From Bacteroidota bacterium (GTDB lineage: Bacteria > Bacteroidota > Ignavibacteria > UBA10030 > UBA8401), in contig JBBAAO010000001.1 in the NCBI GenBank assembly GCA_041658205.1, forward strand, positions 1,223,131 through 1,287,130: 64,000 bases of DNA, written 5' to 3'. The notes beneath the pieces were generated by a model that was not told the DNA's origin, searched no databases, and worked only from the letters and a program-made list of their open reading frames with translations. Each line of letters opens with the position of its first letter. The first letter of the stretch is position 1. A program made the translations under genes and the position numbers. This document shows, piece by piece, positions 38,477 through 47,796 of the stretch.

Positions 38477-38499
38477 GACGGGATGGCATCCCGTCCTAC
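38473..38499. repeat. REP-like palindromic element, copy C (also a likely bidirectional terminator)
   Basis: GTAAGACGGGATG-G-CATCCCGTCCTAC has one arm mismatch. It contains the RAYT stop codon (38474-38476) and lies between the convergent RAYT and argH genes. Confidence 0.7.
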
Positions 38500-38503
38500 G
38501 GTG

Positions 38504-39895
38504 TTATTTTTTATTCTTTAAGATTCTTGTCCAATGAACAATCTGTTTCTTCACTTCATTTGGTGCAGTACTTCCTGCCGATTTTTTATGTTCAATAGAC
38601 TTGTGCGGATCGAGCAAATCAAAAACATCTTCCGAAAACTTATGTGAGAACTTATGTAATTCTTTCAAGGTGAGCTTTGAAAAGGAATTGCCATGTTCAA
38701 TACAGTATCCGACTATTTTGCCGGTAATTGAGTGAGCATCGCGAAAAGGGACATTATGTTTCACCAGATAATCTGCTATTTCGGTTGCAGTCAGAAAATC
38801 ATTCTTCAATTCTTCTTCAAATCGCTCTTTAACGAACGTTGTGTGCACGAATACATGCGTCATAATGTAGACACAATCACGAGTAGTATTGACGGCATCG
38901 AACAAGGGGAGTTTATCTTCCTGCATATCCCGATTATAGGCAAGGGGGAGACCCTTCATCATTGTCAGGATATTCATAAGATCGCCATAAACACGTCCAA
39001 CTTTCCCGCGGGTCAATTCTGCCATGTCGGGATTCTTTTTCTGCGGCATGATGCTGCTGCCTGTTGAATACGAATCATCAATCTTCGCGAAATTAAATTC
39101 CTGTGAAGACCACAACACTAATTCTTCAGACATTCTACTTAAATGCATCATAATATTGCTGCTGGCAGAAACAAATTCGATGATATAATCGCGATCAGAA
39201 ACGGCATCAATACTATTTTCAAGGACAGTATCAAACCCTAATTTTTTTGCAACTGCAGCCCGGTCAATCGGAAATGATGTACCGGCCATTGCAGCAGCTC
39301 CAAGCGGCAAGCGGTTCACTCGTTTGTAACAATCAGAAAGCCGTTCATCATCTCGTTCTAACATGGAAACGTACGCCAACAAATGATGCGAAAGATAAAT
39401 AGGTTGAGCCCGCTGGAGATGAGTATATCCGGGCATTATTGTCCCGAAATATTTTTCGGACTTGTATAATAACACTCGTTGAAACTGAGCGATACGCTTT
39501 TTTAATTCAATAATCGCCGATCGAAGATACAGTCGTTCATCGAGGGCAACCTGATCATTTCGGCTTCGGCCCGTGTGGAGTTTACCGCCGACCGGTCCTA
39601 CTTTTTGAATGAGGCGCTGTTCGATGGCCATATGGATATCTTCTTTATCCCAGGAGAGATCCAGTTTGCCCGATTCAATTTCGGCAAGGATTCCTTTCAA
39701 TGCCGTACGAATCCGACGTGATTCTTCTGCAGTAATAATTTTGCATGCAGCAAGCATTTCAACGTGGGCAATACTGCCCTGAATATCTTCCTGATAAAGA
39801 GTTTTGTCGAGATCGATCGAGGAGGAGAAGCGTAATGCCGCTTCTGATAGTGCTGTCTTAAATCGTCCGGCCCAGAGTGATTTTGATTGTGGCAT
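38504..39895 (-). CDS. argH: Argininosuccinate lyase
   Basis: 463 aa with 'LWAGRF', 'GGKLHTGRSRNDQV' and the fumarate-lyase signature 'GSSIMPQKKNPD'. Confidence 0.95.
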   Translation of the reverse strand: MPQSKSLWAGRFKTALSEAALRFSSSIDLDKTLYQEDIQGSIAHVEMLAACKIITAEESRRIRTALKGILAEIESGKLDLSWDKEDIHMAIEQRLIQKVGPVGGKLHTGRSRNDQVALDERLYLRSAIIELKKRIAQFQRVLLYKSEKYFGTIMPGYTHLQRAQPIYLSHHLLAYVSMLERDDERLSDCYKRVNRLPLGAAAMAGTSFPIDRAAVAKKLGFDTVLENSIDAVSDRDYIIEFVSASSNIMMHLSRMSEELVLWSSQEFNFAKIDDSYSTGSSIMPQKKNPDMAELTRGKVGRVYGDLMNILTMMKGLPLAYNRDMQEDKLPLFDAVNTTRDCVYIMTHVFVHTTFVKERFEEELKNDFLTATEIADYLVKHNVPFRDAHSITGKIVGYCIEHGNSFSKLTLKELHKFSHKFSEDVFDLLDPHKSIEHKKSAGSTAPNEVKKQIVHWTRILKNKK

Positions 39896-39985
39896 ATAAT
39901 AAATTCCAAATAATTGAATATATCGACAAGGTTACCCTGTGAGGTGTTCGTTAAACCTTTCCAAGATTGGCGTATGCAAATATAC

Positions 39986-40018
39986 AAAAAAAAACCTGAC
40001 TGATGCAGTCAGGTTTTT
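39986..40018 (-). terminator. Rho-independent terminator of the ribosomal-protein operon (A/T tracts on both sides)
   Basis: ACCTGAC (39994-40000) pairs with GTCAGGT (40008-40014). On the minus strand the hairpin is followed by a run of at least 8 Ts. Confidence 0.7.
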
Positions 40019-40027
40019 ACATCCTCA

Positions 40028-40058
40028 GTTGACCGTCACCTTAAAGGTGACGGTCAAC
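40028..40058. other. Perfect 13-bp palindromic hairpin just downstream of rplI
   Basis: GTTGACCGTCACC-TTAAA-GGTGACGGTCAAC is GC-rich relative to its surroundings. No adjacent T-run. Confidence 0.6.
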
Positions 40059-40065
40059 TCAACTA

Positions 40066-40509
40066 TTACTCCCTTACAACCCACACCTTCACTTTTGCAG
40101 CGACCTTTGAATGTAACTTCACCGGTACTTCAAAAATGCCGAGAGTTTTGATCGGTTCTTCCAATTCGATAATTCGTTTATCGATAGAATAACCTTTCTC
40201 TGTGAGTGATTCAGCAATCATTTGCGATGTTACCGCGCCAAAGAGTTTATCGTCTTCGCCGACCTTCATTGTAATGGTCAATGAAACACTGCCGAGTTGT
40301 GCTGCAAGTTTTTCAGAATCCAAAACAACTTTTTCTTCTTTTCGTGCAAGTTGTTTCTTTTCCTGTTCAAGAGCTTTCAGGTTACCTTCGGTTGCGCGGA
40401 ATGCAATGCTTCTCGGAATGAGATAATTGCGAGCGAAACCATCTTTCACATCAACAACATCGCCGATGTTGCCAAGTGTGTTATAATTTTGACGTAAAAT
40501 GACTTTCAT
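40066..40509 (-). CDS. rplI: 50S ribosomal protein L9
   Basis: 'MKVILRQNYNTLGNIGDVVDVKDGFARNYLIPR', 147 aa. Confidence 0.93.
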   Translation of the reverse strand: MKVILRQNYNTLGNIGDVVDVKDGFARNYLIPRSIAFRATEGNLKALEQEKKQLARKEEKVVLDSEKLAAQLGSVSLTITMKVGEDDKLFGAVTSQMIAESLTEKGYSIDKRIIELEEPIKTLGIFEVPVKLHSKVAAKVKVWVVRE

Positions 40510-40528
40510 GTTCTCAGACCTCTTTCAA

Positions 40529-40852
40529 TTACTTAATGGCTTCAGATGTGAACGGAAGAAGCGCGATATGGCGTGCGCGTTTGATCGCCTGAACGAGCTG
40601 GCGTTGATATTTGGCACTTGTCCCGGTAATACGTTTGGGAATGATCTTGCCTTGTTCATTGATGAACTTGCGGAGCAACTTTTCATCTTTGTAATCAATA
40701 TAGATCGTCCCGGCAGCTGTAAACCGGCATGTGCGTTTCTTCTTTTGTTGAGCATCCTTCTTTGCATCTCTGCGATTGTCGCCGCGATTTCCGTCTTTAC
40801 GGAATCCGCCGCCTTCACGTCTGTTATTATCGAATGATGATTCTCTTCTCAT
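40529..40852 (-). CDS. rpsR: 30S ribosomal protein S18 (with an Arg/Gly/Asp-rich N-terminal extension)
   Basis: It has '[50 protein letters not shown]'. Its start overlaps the rpsF stop (ATGA). Confidence 0.92.
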   Translation of the reverse strand: MRRESSFDNNRREGGGFRKDGNRGDNRRDAKKDAQQKKKRTCRFTAAGTIYIDYKDEKLLRKFINEQGKIIPKRITGTSAKYQRQLVQAIKRARHIALLPFTSEAIK

Positions 40853-41268
40853 GCGGTAACTCCTTTGCTTATTTCTTTCGCTGCTTCTTTTGCTGCTTCC
40901 TTTGCTTCTTCCGCAACGATTTGTTCACTGATTGGTGTTTTTTGACCAACTTCTTTTGCTTTCAACGCCTTTTTGTTTAATTCAACCGTTAAGAAACGGA
41001 TGATATTCTCATTCAAAAGGTACTGGCGTTCTAATTTTGCAATCAGATCGCCGGATGCTTTGAATTCGTAGAGACAGTAAAAGCCATTGTTTTTCTTTTT
41101 AATGGCGTATGCAAGACGGCGACGGCCCCATTTTTCCAGAGCGCGAATTTCACCGTTATTCTTGGTGATGAAGTCCTTTATCTTCTCAATTTCCGCTTCG
41201 ATTTGAGCATCTTCGAGCGTAGCATTGACGATGATAATAGATTCATAGATCTTGGTTTTGTATTGCAT
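40849..41268 (-). CDS. rpsF: 30S ribosomal protein S6 (with an acidic/Lys-rich C-terminal tail)
   Basis: It has 'YESIIIVNA...[18 protein letters not shown]'. The start at 41268 lies 6 nt after an AAGGAGG SD, and the longer track ORF starts upstream of that SD. Confidence 0.9.
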   Translation of the reverse strand: MQYKTKIYESIIIVNATLEDAQIEAEIEKIKDFITKNNGEIRALEKWGRRRLAYAIKKKNNGFYCLYEFKASGDLIAKLERQYLLNENIIRFLTVELNKKALKAKEVGQKTPISEQIVAEEAKEAAKEAAKEISKGVTA

Positions 41269-41349
41269 TAACATCCTCCTTTGGACATTAGACCCCATCT
41301 CATATGAAGCAGTAGGATGGAGCAGGTTGTGTTCAGTTTTTTCTAAAAC

Positions 41350-41952
41350 TCATTCCGCATTTGCGGAACTGAAAAAATTCTTGTTATACAAATTCATTGT
41401 CTTTTGAATCCCAGATTGTAACCAGCTCAAACACGAATCGTGTATGTGAAGGAATAATTGGGGGAGAAGTCTCTTTTCCTCAATATCAAAATGGGCTAAA
41501 ACATAATCAGCCATTGCTTCGTGAGTATGATGTTCCGGCAGTGTTGCACCGCCAACCCCCACGCGTAATCTCGGTAACAAATCACTTTGAGTGTGATAAA
41601 TGATTGAAGCCAATCCGTTATGTCCGCCATCGCTTCCTTTTGGACGTAACCTCAATGTCCCAAAGGGGAGTTGAAAATCATCATACACGATTAAAAACTC
41701 ATCCAGTGCGATGCTGTATTTTTGATGAATTTCTCGGACAGCAATTCCGCTGTTGTTCATATACGATTGCGGCATCAACAGAAGGATTTCACTCCCTTCT
41801 ATTACAGCTTGATAACATTCATAGGACTCTGTACTCTCAAAGAATTTAGCGCCGAATTTTGTGATCAAAAATTCTATAAAGAGACATCCAACATTATGCC
41901 GCGTATCTCGATACCGGCTTCCAGGATTTCCTAAACCTACGATGCATTTCAC
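41350..41952 (-). CDS. pth: Peptidyl-tRNA hydrolase
   Basis: 'MKCIVGLGNPGSRYRDTRHNVG...GHNGLASI'. Confidence 0.93.
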   Translation of the reverse strand: MKCIVGLGNPGSRYRDTRHNVGCLFIEFLITKFGAKFFESTESYECYQAVIEGSEILLLMPQSYMNNSGIAVREIHQKYSIALDEFLIVYDDFQLPFGTLRLRPKGSDGGHNGLASIIYHTQSDLLPRLRVGVGGATLPEHHTHEAMADYVLAHFDIEEKRLLPQLFLHIHDSCLSWLQSGIQKTMNLYNKNFFSSANAE

Positions 41953-42005
41953 TGTCTGTGACCTTGTGGAGAAGAAACTTTATTTTCAAAGAACGAACGA
42001 AAAAA

Positions 42006-42695
42006 TTATTTTTTTGCCGGAGCTGCTGTTTCACCTTCAACCGGTTTCTTTCCCTTTGCAATCACTTCCGGTTCTGCTGCTACTGTTGTTGCTGCTCCTG
42101 CTACAGCTGTTGCATCCACTGCACCTGCAACTGGTGTCTCTTCTTTAATGATTGTCGGCGGAACAACTGCAACGACCGCTGCGGATTCATTATCAAGAAT
42201 CTTTACATTCTCAATTTTAATGTCGCGAACGTGGATCGAATCATTCATACCAAGTTCAGCCACATTGAGTTCAATGTGTTCCGGGATGAATTTCGGCAAG
42301 CACGCCACACGAACTTTGTGCATGATAAACTGCAACGTTCCACCGTCTTTAACCCCTTTGGGGCTACCACTTAAGATGACGGGGACCTGAACAGTCAATT
42401 CTTCATTGTCTTTTACGCCTTGAAGATCAAAATGTACGGGTCTGTCCGAGATCGGGTCAAACTGTACATCCCGAAGAATACAAGTCTTCGTTACACCGTT
42501 ATCAAGCTTTAAATTGATCAAGTGGGTGTTGGTGGTATAGATCAACGGCTTCATTGCTAATGGTGTGGCAGTGATGTTGATATTTTCTTCGCCGCGGGAA
42601 TAATAAACCCCAGGAATCTTTTCATCATACCGCAAACGGTTGACTTTTTTTCCGATCTCATTACGCACAACTGCATTCAATACTACTTCTGACAT
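42006..42695 (-). CDS. rplY: 50S ribosomal protein L25/general stress protein Ctc
   Basis: It has 'RLRYDEKIPGVYY' and 'HFDLQGV'. The long form carries an Ala/Thr/Val/Lys-rich C-terminal tail. Confidence 0.9.
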   Translation of the reverse strand: MSEVVLNAVVRNEIGKKVNRLRYDEKIPGVYYSRGEENINITATPLAMKPLIYTTNTHLINLKLDNGVTKTCILRDVQFDPISDRPVHFDLQGVKDNEELTVQVPVILSGSPKGVKDGGTLQFIMHKVRVACLPKFIPEHIELNVAELGMNDSIHVRDIKIENVKILDNESAAVVAVVPPTIIKEETPVAGAVDATAVAGAATTVAAEPEVIAKGKKPVEGETAAPAKK

Positions 42696-42728
42696 TATAT
42701 CTCTCCTTACATGAAAACAATAAATAAA

Positions 42729-43682
42729 TTAATTATCTAAACTTTTGTCTTTGTCTACATCGAACAATGAGCTGATCGATTTATTATGGAAACAACGTTC
42801 AATTGCTTCTGCAAAAACTTGTGCTACCGACATCACTTCTATTTTTGAGGATTCCACTTTGAGAGGAATCGTATCACACACAAGAATCTTTTCCACATCG
42901 CTGGCATTAATGCGTTCTAGCGCTTTTCCCGAAAGCAGAGGATGCGTGCAAGCACCATAGACCGATTTTGCTCCTGCTTTCTTTAAGGCAGAAACTGCAT
43001 TGGTGAATGTTCCGGCCGTATCAATTAAATCATCAACGATCAAAACATTTCTTCCCTCAACATCTCCAACAATATTCATTACTTCTACAACGTTGGGAGC
43101 AGGACGTCGTTTATCGATCAATACAAGATCAGCTTCCAATCGTTTTGCATATGCGCGCGCCATTTTGATGCCGCCAACATCGGGAGACACAACCGTCAGA
43201 TTTGGAATCTTTTGCTTTCGTAAATGTTCCACAAAGACCACTGACGAATACAAATGATCCACGGGAATATCAAAAAATCCCTGGATCTGCGGGGCATGAA
43301 GATCCATGCAAATAACACGATCAGCACCAGACTTTGTGATCAGGTTTGCAATCAGTTTCGACGTGATAGCAACACGCGGTTGATCTTTTCTATCTTGCCG
43401 TGCATAACCAAAATATGGAATTACGACAGTGACTTTTCTTGCCGATGCCCGTTTTGCCGCATCAACGGTAATCAGTAATTCCAATAAATTGTCTGCAGGG
43501 GGTACCGTTGTTTGAATGATAAAAACATCAGCGCCCCGGACATTGTCAATGAACTTTACCCAAATTTCGCCATCGCTGAAATTTTGAATCTCTAGTTTTC
43601 CGAGCGGCTCACCAAGACGATGAGCGATGTTTTCGGCCAAAGGACGATTAGCTCGTCCGGAGAACAATTTCAATTGCGGCAT
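42729..43682 (-). CDS. prs: Ribose-phosphate pyrophosphokinase
   Basis: It has 'KLFSGRANRPLAENIA', 'YFGYARQDRK' and the PRPP-binding loop 'VLIVDDLIDTAGT'. Confidence 0.95.
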   Translation of the reverse strand: MPQLKLFSGRANRPLAENIAHRLGEPLGKLEIQNFSDGEIWVKFIDNVRGADVFIIQTTVPPADNLLELLITVDAAKRASARKVTVVIPYFGYARQDRKDQPRVAITSKLIANLITKSGADRVICMDLHAPQIQGFFDIPVDHLYSSVVFVEHLRKQKIPNLTVVSPDVGGIKMARAYAKRLEADLVLIDKRRPAPNVVEVMNIVGDVEGRNVLIVDDLIDTAGTFTNAVSALKKAGAKSVYGACTHPLLSGKALERINASDVEKILVCDTIPLKVESSKIEVMSVAQVFAEAIERCFHNKSISSLFDVDKDKSLDN

Positions 43683-43831
43683 AAATTTAGTGTCTTTAAC
43701 GTTTGGTTAAAGTGTATTTTAGTTAACAAAAATAATAAAAAATCAGCAGATAGTCAACGATTTACCTTTATAAACATGAATGTTGAATCGTATTGACATT
43801 TCAGCCTTGTTTGGGTATTTTATCACGTTTT

Positions 43832-44704
43832 ATGACCGATATTGAACAGATCCAATTTGTATTAACTACTCCATCCGGAGCGCCTCTACGAGGCGATCTA
43901 CGATGGAACAATCAGTTAGCCGAATCTCATAAGAAAAATCTTCCGGTCATTATTGTTTGTCATGGTTTCAAAGCATTTAAGGATTGGGGACCATTTCCGG
44001 CAATTGGAAGATATTTTGCGCGACATGGATTTCTCTCGATAGTTCTCAATTTTTCGCATAACGGTATCGGGGAAGAGCCGAGAAAATTTGTCGAGCACGA
44101 AAGATTTGCCAATAATACGGTATCGCTCGAAATTGAAGACGTTCAAACTGTGTTGGATGAGATTTCCGGCGATTCTTTTGGATTATCTTTTGTTGATCGG
44201 TCAAAGATTGGAGTCGTCGGACATTCTCGAGGCGGGGCAGTTGCACTGATTACGGCAAAGGAAGATAAAAGAGTGAAAGCAATTGCCGTTTGGTCCACGA
44301 TTGCTCATTTCAATAGATATACTGATGAACAACGGCGGAGATGGAGAGAGAAGGGATTTGTTCAACTGCATTCTGTGAGTAGTCAAAAAATATTTCAAAT
44401 CAACACTGCATTGCTCGACGACATTGAAAATAATGCAGAGCGGTTGGACATTATTAAGGCGGTTGAAAAATTACAAAAGCCATTGTTGATTATTCACGGC
44501 ACTGCAGATATTCCTGCAAAGATTGAAGAAGCAGAAACATTATATGGAGTGGCGGACAAACAGCTGACAAAATTTGTGAAGTTGGAAGGTGTGGGTCATA
44601 TGTATGGAGCGAAACATCCATACAAGGATGAAAGTCCGACAATGAATCATGTATTAGAAATAACAACAGGTTGGTTTCAAACACAATTTTACCCGGAGGT
44701 GTAA
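43832..44704 (+). CDS. Alpha/beta-fold hydrolase
   Basis: The nucleophile elbow is 'GHSRGG'. Later 'IIHGTADIP' and 'GVGHMY' could supply the Asp and His. The ATG at 43832 is preferred over TTG 43793. Confidence 0.72.
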   Translation: MTDIEQIQFVLTTPSGAPLRGDLRWNNQLAESHKKNLPVIIVCHGFKAFKDWGPFPAIGRYFARHGFLSIVLNFSHNGIGEEPRKFVEHERFANNTVSLEIEDVQTVLDEISGDSFGLSFVDRSKIGVVGHSRGGAVALITAKEDKRVKAIAVWSTIAHFNRYTDEQRRRWREKGFVQLHSVSSQKIFQINTALLDDIENNAERLDIIKAVEKLQKPLLIIHGTADIPAKIEEAETLYGVADKQLTKFVKLEGVGHMYGAKHPYKDESPTMNHVLEITTGWFQTQFYPEV

Positions 44705-45279
44705 TGGAAGTATTACGAAAGAAATTTATTATGGATTCTTCACAAACACAATCATCGACTCTTGCGCAAGCAGGATGGATATCACTTTTCGCTGCACTTA
44801 CATCCCTTGGTGCACAGATTGAAATTCCGCATCAGCCGATTCCATTTACTCTGCAGACATTTTTTGTGTTACTTTCCGGCGCGTTTCTTGGACCACGCAA
44901 CGGATTTATTGCGCAAATAATTTATATCGGTGCAGGTGCTATTGGTCTTCCGGTATTCTCCGGTGCATCATTTGGAATGGCAAGAATATTTGGTATCACC
45001 GGCGGATATTTATTGAGCTTTCCTATCGCTGCGGCATTAATCGGCTATCTCATCAGTCTCCGAAAAGGATATGTGTGGACGATCGTCTCAATGTTTTTAG
45101 GATTAGTGGTTGTCTTCACGATCGGTTCTTTGTATTTAAACTTTGTTGCTCTTCATAATATTCAACAAGCTATTATGAGCGGCTTTCTGATCTTCTCTTG
45201 GTGGGATGTTCTGAAATTAACTGCCGCAGCGGCAATTTATAATGAGTTTTCGAAACGATATAAAAAACTACCGGCGTAA
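44704..45279 (+). CDS. bioY: Biotin transporter BioY
   Basis: It has 'PFTLQTFFVLLSGAFLGPRNG' and 'GGYLLSFPIAA' with about 6 TM helices. Its start overlaps the hydrolase stop (TAATG). Confidence 0.83.
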   Translation: MEVLRKKFIMDSSQTQSSTLAQAGWISLFAALTSLGAQIEIPHQPIPFTLQTFFVLLSGAFLGPRNGFIAQIIYIGAGAIGLPVFSGASFGMARIFGITGGYLLSFPIAAALIGYLISLRKGYVWTIVSMFLGLVVVFTIGSLYLNFVALHNIQQAIMSGFLIFSWWDVLKLTAAAAIYNEFSKRYKKLPA

Positions 45280-45306
45280 TTAGCTTTCAAACCTCTTCAA
45301 TAAAAA

Positions 45307-45331
45307 ATCCTCTCATGCGAGAGGATTTTTT
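45307..45331. terminator. Bidirectional rho-independent terminator between convergent genes
   Basis: ATCCTCTC (45307-45314) pairs with GAGAGGAT (45319-45326). An A-run lies on one side and a T-run on the other. Confidence 0.8.
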
Positions 45332-45407
45332 ATTGTACTACTACTTATGCTTATGCTCAATTTGAGTTTGCCGAATACTTTTGGAGTTGGGAAGAAAAAA
45401 TTCATCA

Positions 45408-46079
45408 TCAGTGGAAATTGAGAAAATCGTTCCACCGCTTATGCAATTCCGCTGTGGCAAGAACATCACCGAAGCAATACTCTGCAATATCGTGAAACCG
45501 TTTTTCTTCATACAGCTTTCGCATATCCAGACCAGTAATTCCTTTTGCCTTCGGGCTTTCGATACCAAATGATTTGCAATAAAAATCCAAACTGAAGCGC
45601 CTCGTTACCTGATAATAGGTCAGTTGCTCAAGCAGATCGCAATGCACTTCTGAATCATAACGATAGGGCATTAAATTCCGGCTAGTTTTAATCCCAAACT
45701 TCGCAGACCGAAGCATCACAAACGGACAATCAAATCCTCGTCCATTAAAGGTGATGAATTGTTCATATTTAGGGATAATCTTCCAAAATTCCTGTAAGAG
45801 ATGTTCTTCCGATCCCGAAATAAAATGGCATCGTTTGTTATCGGAAAAATACTCTTCATTACGATCGGATTGGAAAAACACTTTTCCTTTTTGAGAGTCG
45901 GGATTGAAGAGAGCAATGCAGAGAATTTGAGCAGTCAGCGGATGGAGATTGAGATTCTTTTTTACCTCTTCGATTTTTTCTTCACTGTCGGCAAATCGGA
46001 GGAGATATGATTGTGTTTCTCTATCGAAGGATTCCAGAGGATACCCTAGCGTTTCAATATCGAAGACGATCCTGCTCAT
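45408..46079 (-). CDS. Predicted 3'-5' exonuclease (RNase H-like fold, PolB-exonuclease-like)
   Basis: 'IVFDIETLG' is an ExoI DxE motif. 'FNGRGFDCPF' and 'YCFGDVLAT' are ExoII- and ExoIII-like. Its start overlaps the upstream gene stop. Confidence 0.6.
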   Translation of the reverse strand: MSRIVFDIETLGYPLESFDRETQSYLLRFADSEEKIEEVKKNLNLHPLTAQILCIALFNPDSQKGKVFFQSDRNEEYFSDNKRCHFISGSEEHLLQEFWKIIPKYEQFITFNGRGFDCPFVMLRSAKFGIKTSRNLMPYRYDSEVHCDLLEQLTYYQVTRRFSLDFYCKSFGIESPKAKGITGLDMRKLYEEKRFHDIAEYCFGDVLATAELHKRWNDFLNFH

Positions 46080-47125
46080 GCTTGTGTGATTTTATAATTT
46101 TTTAACCCCCAGTTTGTTTCTTTCGCTGTTACAAGGACAATAGTATAGATCGGAACGGCAAGAACCATTCCCATCACACCAAGGGTTTCATTTCCAATTA
46201 AGATGACGAGAAACATCGTCAAAGGATGAATGTCCATTATCTTGCTGAAGACTGCCGGTTGAACGAACATCTGATCGATCTGTTGTACGGCAATCGTTGC
46301 AACGGCGATAGGAATCAACATGCGGAGATCGCCAAATTGTACGATGGAGATAAGCAGCGTGGGGATAGCACCGATGAACGGTCCGGCAAAAGGGATGACG
46401 TTGGTAAATCCACCGATCAAACCAAGCACGGTCGCATAGTTAATGCCGAGGAAAAAATAAATAATAGTATAAATCATCCCAACGATCACAGATTCTGTCA
46501 CTGTACCGCGAATATATTTGCTCAACTGATCTTCAATCTTATAAATGATATTCAATGCCATTTCAAAATATTTGTTCGGCATACTGCGAATCAGTGATTT
46601 TTGCATGTTGTAATAATCGCTCAATAAAAAAAACGTAATAAAAGGAACAATAGCGAGCGTTGCGACCGTGCTGAGCAGGCCGGAAAGTGCTTCGGCTGCG
46701 GAATTGCCGAAGGAAACAAGCGTACTATTCAATTGTTCACGGATTGACTCCGATTTTAGGAACGGAACCTCAGTTGAGATTTGTTTGCTCAAATCGTTCA
46801 GCATAATGGTTAAATGTTCTTTGCTGAATGCTGCTGAAATTTGAGACACCTGATTGGAGATGACGGGAAAAAGCATTACTACTGCCAGTGCTGCTAAACT
46901 TCCCAGTCCCATAAAGACAATCAATACGGCAATCCATCGTGCTGCACCAAGATTTTCGATATAATCAACGATCGGTTTTAGGATGAATGTTAATGTGAAG
47001 GATATGACAAGAATGAGAAATAGATCTTCAAATGTGGAGAGGATGAAAATCGGTAAAGCGATCGCCATTGTTACTAGAAATACTTTCCATTGACGGCTGC
47101 GGAAAAAGTTTTTGTCTTCTTTCAT
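46076..47125 (-). CDS. AI-2E family transporter (PerM/UPF0118)
   Basis: A 349-aa polytopic membrane protein. 'FTNVIPFAGPFIGAIP' is typical of the family. Confidence 0.8.
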   Translation of the reverse strand: MKEDKNFFRSRQWKVFLVTMAIALPIFILSTFEDLFLILVISFTLTFILKPIVDYIENLGAARWIAVLIVFMGLGSLAALAVVMLFPVISNQVSQISAAFSKEHLTIMLNDLSKQISTEVPFLKSESIREQLNSTLVSFGNSAAEALSGLLSTVATLAIVPFITFFLLSDYYNMQKSLIRSMPNKYFEMALNIIYKIEDQLSKYIRGTVTESVIVGMIYTIIYFFLGINYATVLGLIGGFTNVIPFAGPFIGAIPTLLISIVQFGDLRMLIPIAVATIAVQQIDQMFVQPAVFSKIMDIHPLTMFLVILIGNETLGVMGMVLAVPIYTIVLVTAKETNWGLKNYKITQA

Positions 47126-47748
47126 TGTTTTACCAATTGTGATACAATTTTTTGTGAAAGAGAAGAGTCATACCCTCTTCTGACTAAATGTTCGTAAATC
47201 CTTTTTTTCTGAGTGATGAGGGGGAGTGTTGAGACACGTTTATATTTCCGTTCCCCTTCTTTCAGTGCAAGAGCATTTTCTGATTCGGTCGTGTACAACT
47301 CTCCGATAATTTTCTCTGTAATATTCCGGTCGATCCCTTTTCTAAAGAGCAATTGTTTCATCGATGATTTACCAACCGGTTTCAGCATCAATTTATCCCG
47401 GCAGAACATTCTGGCAAATTCTTCATCGTTCAAAAGCATGTTTTCAGAGAGATAGTGAATTGCCTGTTGAATATTGGCGTCGTCATATCCTTTTTTTTCT
47501 AAATATTCAACAATCTGTTTTGTTGAACGGGGACGATATGACCGATATTGCAATGCAGCTCGTTTAACGGATGATTCCGCTTCTGCCCGTTCTATTACTT
47601 CCCGTTCAGAATCCGTTAATGACTGTCCCTGATGGAGGACAAATCGAGCATACACATCTTCACTAACACTAAATGCATATTTTTCATCAACAAAAATTGA
47701 AAAGCGGAGTTTATTCTTTTTTTGCCGTTCAATTTTTGTGATGATCAT
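47122..47748 (-). CDS. recX: Recombination regulator RecX
   Basis: It lies downstream of recA. The three-repeat helical pattern is 'ALQYRSYRPRSTKQIVEYLEKKGYDDANIQQAIHYL', '...LLFRKGIDRNI' and 'LVRRGYDSSL'. Confidence 0.85.
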   Translation of the reverse strand: MIITKIERQKKNKLRFSIFVDEKYAFSVSEDVYARFVLHQGQSLTDSEREVIERAEAESSVKRAALQYRSYRPRSTKQIVEYLEKKGYDDANIQQAIHYLSENMLLNDEEFARMFCRDKLMLKPVGKSSMKQLLFRKGIDRNITEKIIGELYTTESENALALKEGERKYKRVSTLPLITQKKRIYEHLVRRGYDSSLSQKIVSQLVKQ

Positions 47749-47796
47749 AACTTCAATACTAACAGGTCTGCACTAACGCCGATCTGTTGGGAATGT

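Noticed and set aside
41861-42374. Plus-strand ORFs encoding poly-Leu/Cys-rich peptides ('LLLLLLLLLLQLL', 'CCYCCCCSCYSCC')
   Set aside because: They are antisense to the low-complexity Ala/Thr/Val tail of L25/Ctc, so they are a compositional artefact.
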